Shown: positions 35,701-46,548 of the stretch, piece by piece
Position numbering within the stretch: the stretch's first letter is position 1
How the letters are laid out: each line of letters begins with the position of its first letter
Source of the DNA: Marsupella aquatica
Lineage: Eukaryota > Plantae > Marchantiophyta
Assembly (NCBI GenBank): GCA_973895155.1
Contig: OZ316896.1
Span: 7,895,539 to 7,959,538, forward strand
Direction of reading: 5' to 3'
DNA length: 64,000 nucleotides
The notes under the pieces: model-generated
Databases searched by the model: none
What the model saw: the letters and a program-made list of their open reading frames with translations, nothing else
Told to the model about the DNA's origin: nothing
Translations under genes and position numbers: made by a program

Positions 35701-36152
35701 AACCTATTAGCTTCGCACAATATTGTGAAGTATAAATAGTTGCAAGTTAGCGAAGCCAGTTGATTCGCAAAGTTGAGAACCCATTGGCATCACAATTACC
35801 GATGGTGTGTTATTCACAAAGTGTTCAGAAGTTGCTTCTTGACAAGCTTGAAAATGTTTTGCAAAGAGAGTTGTTTGAAAAGTTTGTAGAATGGAAATGT
35901 TTGAGAGAGTTTCTTTACAAGATGGAGAATGCATGTGTTTAGGTTACAGCTAGGGTTTTCAAAAAGGTGGCATGCATGAGGATAGCTTTGGAAACGGCTA
36001 GGGTTGCATATATAACAATGAGATGAAATTTCAAAGTCCAATTAAGTGTTTGTAAAACAAAAGAAGAAAATTAATATGTTAATATAAATAAAACCATGAT
36101 AGTTAGTTTAGGGTCAAATTCTGGGCCCACAACAAGTTTTACTACTAGTGCA

Positions 36153-39100
36153 TCAAACCTGGTCCTCATCCTCTCCTCCATTTGACACAATAATAACGTT
36201 AGGTTTTTCCGAGATAATGGAACGGGACCGTGGCACATACGGTATAACAACTGACCACTCTGGGTCTGGTGGGTACGGAATATAGAAACACTGCTCAAGG
36301 TGACTTGGGAATGTAAATGGTTCAGATGTTTGCCAATGAGATGGTTGAAAGCTAGTTGCTGATGTCTTCAGTCGAGTAAACCCACACTCATCAAGAAGTA
36401 CCGTGCGATTATCCAACCAGGTGAATTTTGAACCACTTACACTTGAAGACATACTCTTCAAATTTGGAATCGGCATCATAGGATATGATCAAGATCTCCT
36501 CAATCTTCCCATAGTGAGGCACCACAACTCTGATCACATTAGTGTCATGACGGCTACTTTGTGAATCTTGCATGAACTGCCCTTGAACTCCACAATCAAA
36601 AGTTCTTCCCCTCTTCTCATCAAGGTCAGAAATCCTGAAATGCCTCCCTTGTGTCCACATTGTTTTTCTGGTCTGAACAAGTCTTAAAGGACCATGAACA
36701 ATTGTTTGAACCTCAGGAGTCATATCTGGAAAATGTGATACATTCTCACCTTGGGCCACCATAGCATCCAACTGAAGTACTTTCTCCTTCATATACTCAA
36801 GGAACTTTGGAAAGATCCTTGGGCGACGACTCTCCCTCTTTGCATCCTCATAAAACTCTCTCCAATCTTCCATCACATTGCTGTTACTCAACATGAAAGT
36901 ACTAACCTGTGTCAACTCCACTGTGGTTAGTAAGCGTGTTTTTTTTGCACCTGTTAAACGGTCCTCCTCCACTTCCCTCTCTTCCATCCAAGTGTGTGGA
37001 CAACTAGGATCAATGGTAGCTAAGATGTTACTACAATAAACATACTCTCAGCTGCCAAGTATCCAGTTGCCATGCTCCCCTCCACTCGTGCACGGTTCAG
37101 TACATAAGCCTTTAACACGGCCATATACCTTTCCAGCCAATACATCCACCTACAATGCACCGGACCGGCAATGGCAACCTCCCTCACAAGATGAACGAGA
37201 AGATGCACCTGTCAATCAAAGAAGGAAGGAGGGAGGGCCTTCTCCAACTTGCATACCACCTCTGCTGCCAATACCTCCATCCGTGGTATCTCTTCTTCAT
37301 ATATTTCCTTTGAGCATATCCATCTCAACAAAGTGCCCAGTGACCAAAGGGCGTCTTGCACTTCTTCACTCCCCAAACCTATGATTGCCACAGGAAGTAT
37401 ATGTTGTAGTAAACGATGATAGTCATGTGTCTTGAGATACATTGGCCATTTATGACTGTCCTCCATCCCAAAAGCCTTACGTAGATTGGCACCATAGCCT
37501 GTAGGAAACCGCATCTGCCCTATGCGTTGTTGAAACTCTCTTCTTTCACCAACACTCAAAACCCATGGAGCTGAAGGACGATGTTCCATCCCTGTGGATT
37601 CATCAACTGTTATCCATACATCTGGATGTCGTTCTAGATCCTGGCATGCCTCCCTAAAATTAATGTTCTTTTCCCCATAAAAGTGCTTGATCAAAGCCTT
37701 CCCAACATTTCCCTCTATATGCATGGGGTCTAACAAGTGATGAATCTTCAACTCAGGCCAATAGGGCAAAGTGGCCAGTATACTCCACCTTGTCAATCCA
37801 CTACCATCAAATCCCATGGCATCTTCAGGGTCTGCCACCCTATCAGCTATGGATTTCCAATACGAAAATGTTGTGCGGTCAGGTATCTCACGCTCATCAC
37901 CATTGATCATGTCAAAGTCTAAAAACAAAAGGGGGTCAGACCTCATGTGATGCCCAAGTGAAAGAAACTTGGTATGACCAAGGTAGATTATCTTGTGCAG
38001 CCATTTTGAGTACTTGGCCATATCGTGAAGGCTTGGACCACAAGTGGAGCATGCCTTGTACCCTTGAGTTTGGAACCCAGAAACAAACCCAAACCCTGCT
38101 CACAAAATAACATTCTCAATTAGAGTCAAAGGAATTGAAAAGTTCATGTACATAGAATTAAAGAGGGACTTCCTTCCAAACAAACTTGATCTCCAATACA
38201 TGAAAAAAATACAAATCCATACCACTCACCTGGATAGTCATGCATGGTCCACATAATGATTCCCTTCAATTGGAAGACACGTGGTAACCCTCCTGTAGTT
38301 GTCCGACCATCATATGCCCATACACCCCCCCATAATTTATGGAGTTCCCCAACCAAGAGCGCCAAGTAGGTGTCCATGTTTTTTACCTTAGATGGACCTG
38401 GGATAATCAATGATAGCAATAAGAATCCCTTTTTCATGGACAACCATGGGGGAAGGTTGTAATTCATAACAACCACCGGCCAAACCAAAGTAGGGCACCC
38501 TTTCCCTCCAAGGGAGTGTGGGCTCACCCCATCTGATGCCAACCCCAACCTCACATGACGAGGGTCACGTGCAAACTCTGGCCATTGTGACTCCACATGC
38601 TTGTGAGCAGGGGAATCAATTGACAACCGCATGACACCGGCCTCTGATCGATGTGTCTTATGCCATACCATCAATTCTGCCAAGTCAGAACATCGGTACA
38701 TGTGCAACAATCGAGGAATAATAGGAAACCAACGAACAGCTTTTCTAGGCACCTTTGAGGTCAACATGTTGGTTTCATATCGAGGCTCTTGACAAATTGG
38801 ACACTCAGTTGCGCTGGCATTGGTCTCATGATAGAGAATGCAGTCATTCACACAAGCATGAATGATATGGTATTCCATGCCAATGGATGATAGAACCCTC
38901 TTTGCCTCCTTCCAAGTTCCTGGCAACACATTTTCACTGGGTAACAAGAGATCATGGCAAATTGCAAACAAATCCGATAGTAGCGCATTGCTTGCCTTGT
39001 GTTTTGCCTGAAGATTCATCAATGCCAAGATGGCAGATAGTCTATTCAAACGAGCACCCCCATAAATAGGTGTTCTAGCATATGCCTCAGCTTCTTCCCA

Positions 39101-39418
39101 TTGTTTTTGTCCTTCAGGTGTACGTTGAGGCCTTGGATCATGTGCAACATTTGGTGGAGGATCTCCTTCATTGGGTGGGACACCTCCTTCACCACCAATG
39201 TCTACACCAAACCAATCTGTCATGAAGTCATCCATGGCTGACTCTTGGTCTTGCATGACCTCATAATCTGTCCGAGGTGCCCCTTCATCTGGACTGTCAT
39301 TATCATTGTCACTTGATGAGGAATCTGCTGATGATGTTTCCCCGTCTTGTGGCAAGCCCATTTCTTGATATGTAGCTCTCAACCTCCTTGGCAACATATC
39401 TTGACTAGGCCGCACATT
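36153..39418 (-). pseudogene. CACTA-B Tnp2/TnpD transposase; exons 39418-38230 and 38095-36153
   Basis: RHVRLGLASDG, VWPVVVMNYNLPPW, WTMHDYPG, DPMHIEGNV, HDYHRLLQ, GPVHCRWMY. One TGA (37212) and two frameshifts (~37037, ~36410). Confidence 0.95.
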
Positions 39419-39568
39419 CTATAGACAATACAATAAAGCATTCACAATGAAATTAACTCCAAATATAGTAGTGCTCGAAACATATTATTAACAATATAAA
39501 AAGAACATGTCATTACAAAACATACGTTCACATACGATGAACATATAATACATGTCCCTAAAGTAATC

Positions 39569-40383
39569 CTAATCCCATTCATAATGTGTAAACAACTCCT
39601 CTCCAACCAGAATGGTCCTATTAGCTACAACTAGACAATGGTCATGATGATATCTCTGCCCATAAGGGGCTGGAGGGGGACCATCAACAAAAACCCATTC
39701 ACAGTTTTTCCTATGCTTAGGCCGGGTCCCCACAGTACTGTTGATGAAACCGGAAATATTCCCACTACGGATGGGATCACCATCAATTATACGCTGGTCA
39801 CAATACTTTCTGGTGCAACCATCAAAAGTATCCATGTCCAATGCATAGGTCTTCCACTCAGGGTGTTGAACAAGGATCATGTTCCAATGTCTCCTCTTGT
39901 AAATGGGTCCACCATACGGGAACAACGTTGGTCCATCCAAAGAGCGCCCTTTTCCACCCATATCATCCACAATAATGTCCTGACAAGAGAAAATCCCATA
40001 CTCATGCCTCTCCCCTAGGGTCGAACTCTTGACAACCCAACGTCTTCCCCAAACTTCTATCTCCTCACCATAGGTTATATCACATGGCAAACCAAGGCAC
40101 TCCGGATTCCAATCCTTTATGATAGGAACACACTTCCCTATGAAGGTACAAGGGCCCCATCTACCATCAACCCTACAAGTGTACTGATCCACTTCCCCTC
40201 TAGGCTGTCTTTTTGAATTTTTTTCCCTCTTGTAACAATACCGTCACCCTGAATTGTCCCAACACTACCTTGCCCTGCTGCCACTAAACGAAAAGCTTGT
40301 GAAAGTGCCGAGCCTATAGCATCTAGAACTCCTTGTGAGGGAACATAGGGTGTTGGTGTAGTGGGTGTAGGCCTACTGGATAC
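39569..40383 (-). CDS. SET-domain exon of CACTA-B (frameshift in an A-run near 40220, upstream of the domain)
   Basis: HEYGIFS, FPYGG, IDGDPIRSGNISGFINST, NCEW, VANRTILVGEELFTHYEWD; acceptor CTATAG ends at 40384. Confidence 0.88.
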
Positions 40384-40495
40384 CTATAGGAAGAAATGGA
40401 ACCAAGTGAGTGTGATGAACCTCCCAAATTTTATTTTATGCTACCTAGCAAGATTTACAAAATAAAATGGAAATCACAGTAAGTTTACAACTCAC

Positions 40496-40729
40496 CATAC
40501 GGGATGAAGAAGCTCCCGGTGTAAGACCTCGATGTTGGCCATATCGAGCAATGTGCTCCACACATACATATGACTTTTGGACAACCATCCCCACACATTT
40601 TTTACAACCACAAAGTTGGCGTGGTGGACCACTAGGTCGACGTACGGTTGGTTCAGGCTGAGGAGGAGGACGACTTTCTTCATCGGAAGAGGAATCTGAT
40701 GTGGTGGAAGTTGTAGAGGATGAAGACAT
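40496..40729 (-). CDS. CACTA-B exon 1: Zn-ribbon (Transpos_assoc-like)
   Basis: LCGCKKCVGMVVQKSYVCVEHIARYG; ends ATG followed by a phase-0 GTGAGT donor. Confidence 0.8.
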
Positions 40730-41164
40730 CTGACAAGTATAGCAATTGGAAGGCGATTAGTAAAAACTTCACCAAAACCATCATTGATAATCCCTACCTA
40801 AACATATTAAAAAGAATTGACAGAAAAATACCTTTATGAGACCCGGGCTTAGCAATGCCTTGACGGATCTTGTGGCTCAAATTTCATGAACCAAATCTGG
40901 AAGAAGGAGGGGAAAATCTGCCAATATACAATGAATTAAGCCATGCCTTATGGTGAACCAGAAAAAAAGGATGATAGATTGTAACCCTCCATGTTTACAG
41001 CAATGACTAGAAATGCATGAGAAAACGTTATACCTTTCAGATGCCCGGGCTCTCGCAAGGCATGATCATGCATTAGCCAAAACTTTAAAAAACATGGGGA
41101 AGTGCCCTACAACGCCACAGAGTTTTCCACTCCATGTTAATGAGATAGAGAAAGAAATATAAGT

Positions 41165-42110
41165 AACCCAAACCCTACCCTAAACCCAAACCATGAAATG
41201 AAACCTTCATTAAAACCTAACCCAAATCCCTCAATCACCCTAAACCCTTACCCTCACCCTAACCAATACCCAAATCCCTCATTAAAAATTCAAACCTTTA
41301 CCCTAAACCCAAACCCCTACCCTAAACCCAAACCATGAAATGAAACCCTTCATTAAAACCTAACCCAAATCCCTCAATCACCCTAAACCCTTACCCTTAT
41401 CCTAACCAATACCCAAATCCCTCATTAAAAATTCAAACCTTTACCCTAAACCCAAACCATGAAATGAAACCCTTCATTAAAACCTAACCCAAATCCCTCA
41501 AGCACCCTAAACCCTTACCCTTATCCTAACCAATACCCAAATCCCTCATTAAAAATTCAAACCTTTACCCTAAACCCAACCCAAATCCCCCAATTACATA
41601 TAAAACCCTTACCCTATCTACACCTTACTTTACCTATATAGGCCAACCCCCACCCCTATAGTTATTCTAAACTTCCCCCTAACCCCTACATTGAGGCCCT
41701 TTTTAAAAACTTAAGCAAAAATTGTACCCCCTCAATTAGAACCAAATCCAACCCTATATCATGTTACACCCCAACCCAAACACTTACATTAGAAACCCAA
41801 CCCCTTTAAAAAAACCACAATTAAACCCCCCAACTAAAAACCAAACCCAATCCCTTTAAAAAATAACCACAATTCAACCCCTCAACTAAAACCAAACCCA
41901 ACCCCTGTAATTACTCACAACCTAATGCAAACCTCTACCTTGAACCCTAAGCCAAACCCATTAATTTAAACCCTAAGCCAAACCCATTAATTTAAACCCA
42001 ACCCTTTTATTCCAACCTAACCCAAGTTTTAACCCCCTTAATTAAACCAAATACTCCTACATTAAAACCAAATATAAACCTAACCTTTAATTAAACCCAA
42101 ACCTTTGTTA
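41165..42110 (-). repeat. Telomere-like CCCTAAACCC-rich spacer of CACTA-B with ~123-140-bp tandem repeats (41165-41590)
   Basis: About 3 copies of CCCTAAACCCAAACCATGAAATGAAACC..., followed by a C/A-skewed tract. Confidence 0.88.
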
Positions 42111-42602
42111 ACTTATATTCTAGTTATCCTTACAACCCAAACATCCATTGACACCCCTTCCATGTTAACTTATGGGCACTTAACATACCTTAAATGTCGT
42201 TTGACAAACCTTAATAGACGTTTGACACCCCAAAGTGTTTTCCAACCCTAAACCGATAAGACCTGCCTCGCAAATTATTTCACAAGTTAGAGAATCTTTT
42301 TGCGAACCTACGGCCTTCGCACTTACTTCGCAAAAACAGAGGTCGAGAACTATTTTTTGGGTCTTCAGCGGGTTGCGATGGTCTTGTGAAGGGAATAGAT
42401 TCGGAAGTGCCTCGCAAGTTGCGAGACTATTTGCGAGGGCACGGGCTTTGCAATTTCCCATGCGTATGTCATCGCAAACCCGTTTTTGAACAGCGTAAAC
42501 ATCGGCGGGAGCTCGCATTCGGGCTCATTTCAGTTTTTGAGCGAGACGAGGAGGGCCGGGGCGCGCGCGACAGTACGAGGGAGACTGTGAGAGAGGGGAG
42601 CT

Positions 42603-44618
42603 ATGGCTACCGGTGAGGGGAGTGGAGGGCAAGGTGGTAGTGGTAGTGGTAGTGGCAATGGGGGAAATCCAGAGAAAGAGAAGAATGCCTGGGCAGACTT
42701 AGTGGCCCAACATCTCAGTGCTGCACAATTGGGAGAAGTGAATCTCAATTCTCCAGCAGGGCTTGCCTCTTTGAGTGCCATTCTTGGACAAGTTTTGCAA
42801 ACTGGGATTGTAGCAGGACAAGCTACTAGAGAGGGGGAGGAGAGGGCCGCAGCTGAAGAGAAGGCTAGAGAGAAAAAAAGGAAGAGAGAGGAAAGAACTA
42901 AGTCGGGAGTTGCCTCTCCTCAAGCCCTAGAGAAGCAGAAGAGAAGAGAGGAGAGAGATTCAATTCAAAAACAGAGGTAGGAGCAACGTCAGAAAGAGGA
43001 AGCAAGAAAAAAACTTCCATTCATTGCCTTGGAGACGAGTGGGACTCCAACTGAGCTAGCGTATGCAGGGGCTAAGAGCACAATCAAACAGATTATCACA
43101 AGTAATTTCTCACGAGGCATGCAGTGGGGGAAGATTGAGAAGGCAGAGCGAAAGAGGGTCATCAACCAAATCAAGGATGCATTTCGCAATGGGCCTGACA
43201 TAGATGAGCAATGGTTGGCAGATAAGATTTCAAATTCTATGTCTCAAATGCGATACCATGACAAGATGAAGATTAGAGCCCACCTGAAAGACTTGAGATC
43301 ATACAGGAACTTGCGCAGACCCCTCCACTTCACCGAGGACATCTGGAATTTGTTTTACAAGATTGAGGTGCAAATTAAGGCAGCTCACGAGTTGGAAGAG
43401 TGGAAGGCCAATCTAGATCGAGCCTTGAAAGCAAAGGAGGCCGAAGCTCCCCCCTGACCACGACCTGAAGCCACTTGAGCAGAAGGTAGTTGAGATGCAG
43501 AAGGTGGTCGACCAGGAGGGAAAGCCACCCAAGCGTTTCACAGATGCAGCCAAACGAGTGAAATCCACCCCCAATCCAGTCCACAAGTTGGGTCAAGGCG
43601 GGCTCCCCGGCCTCAAGTCACACTTTGTGAGTGCCTCTTGCTCCTCCCTAACCTCTCTGTTCCTTTCAGAGTTGTGCAATGCAAGTGAATGACATCCCCG
43701 AATGTTCTTGCTATTGTGCATGCTTGCTTGGTTACTAGTTTAGGGCAACTCTGACACTTAGAATTTTTGGCAAATTTTTAAAAACTCTCGGGAACACAGT
43801 TTGCGAAGGTGTTGCGATGCGCATTTGTTCGCAAACCCCTCGCAAAGTCTATCATGGACTTTTTCCATTTCAATTTTCCGATGCCTTTGCGAACAAATGC
43901 GCATCGCAAACTCCATCGCAACTCCTTCACAAAAAATGTGGTTCGCAAGTTGCCATGCTTATAGGTTCGCAAATTTGAATTTTAAATTTTTTTTGGGTCG
44001 TGTTTAGTAGTTGAGGATTTAGGCGTCACTTGTGGCTATAGGGTATGCTTAAGGGCAAATTTAACCAATTTTAATTGGTTTTATGCATGGCAGCATCGGA
44101 GGTACAAAAGGAAGATATCAAAAAAGCATATTGAGGTGGCGATAGAGCATGGACGAAAGTACCTCTTTGCGATGGTAGATGCCGAGTTGGCTACTGTAAG
44201 TGTCTAAGTGTGAACCATATGATTAGCATGCGAACATTGTGAGTGACCCTTTATGTCTTGCGAAAACTAATGATATGTAATGGATGCAGGATTCGGATGA
44301 GCCTGAGGGGTCGGGTGCTGATGTGAGCAGTAGTGATGATGATGAGGGGGCTACTCCTGGTACTAGTGGTGCTCGGGGGGGAGTAGTCGTGAGGTAGGTT
44401 CTTCCCACCGTGGTAGTGGTGGTAGTCGTGTGTCATCAGCACACGTTGATGACCAGGGGGAGGAGGAGGACCCTGAGGATGAGGAGGAGCCAGAGGAGCA
44501 GCAGGAGCAGGAGCGCCGATGGCCATCACGCACCCGTCACCAACAGGATCCCCGGAAGGATAAGGGCAAGAAGCCAGCCAAGAAGCCAACCAAGAGGAGC
44601 CGCAAGAGCCCATTCTAG
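42603..44618 (+). pseudogene. CACTA-B second gene, TnpA/Transposase_24-like; exons 42603-43626, ~44094-44195, ~44290-44618
   Basis: Clear homolog of the A gene (PAGLASLSAILGQ, AYAGAKSTIK, FRNGPD, HKLGQGGLPGLKSHF + GTGAGT donor, ..RSRKSPF). TAG at 42978 and a frameshift near 43455. Confidence 0.72.
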
Positions 44619-46548
44619 TTATTTTGTAGAGATACATGCATGAGAGTGACTTGTCATGCCGGAGCTCAGGGTAGGAAGAGGCAGCATAGGTTTAGAAGGG
44701 CGGACCTAGCATCAGATATTTCCCCCCTCTTCTCCATGTATAGGGTTCTTTGAAGCCCTATCATTTTGTTCATGCTTTTCCATTTTATAAAACAATAATT
44801 TTGCCTTCCACTTTGGGTCCCAAGGAAAACCCCTCGCAAATAATGTATTGAATCCTCTGTGATCATAATTTTGCAAACCCTTTAAGAACTCAATCCCATC
44901 GCACAATATAAACCCCAAGGCGTCGCACTTTTTGAGTCAATTCACTTCAGAACTTCACATCCAAATACGTCGGGTTTTTGTGATACTTCTAAGATCGCAC
45001 TTTCCTAATCGAAACCGTTCACAAACTTCTGAAATCATCGGTATCGCTCTTTATCATACAATCCCCATGAAAACAATTCAACCAGTATCTTTCGCAAATA
45101 TGATGCGATGGTAAATCCTTCTCAAATATCGACACCCGTGCGGGACGTGTGCATGTATGTTTGCGAACCTTATGCGACGTATAATGGATCGCACAAAGTA
45201 TTGAATCTTGCGAACCTCTCAGCTTCGCAGTTTGCCATGTGGTTGCGATGCCGTTGCGATGGTCCGCATGCGAAGTTATTAGGTTCGCAAAGTGCGAAGG
45301 TGGTGCGATGCGCGTATGTTCGCAATGGCCAGAATGATGAAAATCAGGGGCTTGTTAGTTGCGATGAGATTGTCTTCGCAAAACCGACCGATAGTGTTGT
45401 AGTGGTTCACACGGTTGAAGACATCTGCCACTAGTTTCCAGACATCTCATTGGCAAACATCAGAACCATTTGCTTTCCCAGCTCATGTAGAGCAGTGTTT
45501 CTACATTCCATACCCCCCCGACCAAGAGTGGTCACTGGTCATCACATATGTGCCACGGTCTCGATCCATTGTTTCAGAAAAACCAGATATAATTGTTGTA
45601 TCAAACATAGATGACCCTAAAGGTGAGGACCAAGTGTGAGGGATATGTATCACTAGTACATTTTCGGGCCTTTATTCGATAGGATTTACATCGGATCCCT
45701 TCAGGAAAATTGACGCAAAAATTTCTATCATCCGATGCAATTCCCAACGCACTTTGCGATGCGCAAACCATCGCATATCGACCATCGGACTTCCATCGGA
45801 CTTTCCGATATTTTTTACGACGGACGTTCCATTGTAACGTGTTACGGATATTTTATGTCCGTTGTAAAATGAATCGGATAACTAACACGCGACGGCACAC
45901 GACGATTTCCTATGTCCGATACTATTTAAATCGGTATGTCCGATATATTTGACATGGCAATTTGCGAAGTAATTTGTATCGGTATGTCCGATATATTTGA
46001 CATGGCAATTTGCGAAGGAATTTGTATCGGACATTGCGTTATTTATAATAACGGAAAGTGCGTTACTTTTTGTATCGGACTATCCGATATATTTAAGATG
46101 GGAACCTTGAAGGAGGGGTCCGATGCGTTGGGGATGGGAAAGTTTGAAGGCAACAGCATCGGACACTGCTACATTACCGATACGGATGGTAACGGACTTG
46201 CAACGGATTATCAAATGTTCTGGGGGTGGAATACAGGGTTTCATGGGTGGTTTTTTGGGGGTTTGGGTATTGGTTTAGGGTTGAAGGTGACATACACCAA
46301 TTAGGAACCAAAGATAATGCTATAAACACGAGGTCAAAATATCATATTCAAAAAGGAGATCACCCCAATATGTACAAAATGGATTAGGCCTATTGGGTAG
46401 ACCCATTCTGGTCGTGATGGCATGATAGAAGATGTAAAGAGAGCTTTGACTAGAGACTACACTGAGCTATATACAAGGTACCTCCGAGTGAGTGTCTAAT
46501 CAAAGTTGTCTAGCACTAGATACCCGACCACCTAAATGCAACTAACCT

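Larger units (their letters stand above)
35398..45404 (-). mobile_element. CACTA-B, full length (10.0 kb), inverted relative to A
   Basis: Termini CACTACTACAT...GTGTTGTAGTG; 3-bp TSD GTT (35395-35397 / 45405-45407); TCGCA/TGCGA subterminal repeats. Confidence 0.95.
32835..45639 (+). pseudogene. CACTA-A Tnp2/TnpD transposase (Transposase_21 + DUF4218 + DUF4216-like); pieces 32835-35397 and 45408-45639
   Basis: YHIIHACVNDCMLF, RHLLDPMHIEGNV, LEKALPPSFFD, GPVHCRWMY, EPFAFPAHVEQCFY. Internal deletion at ~33500, stops and frameshifts; split by CACTA-B (DESGF|TRLKTS). Confidence 0.93.
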
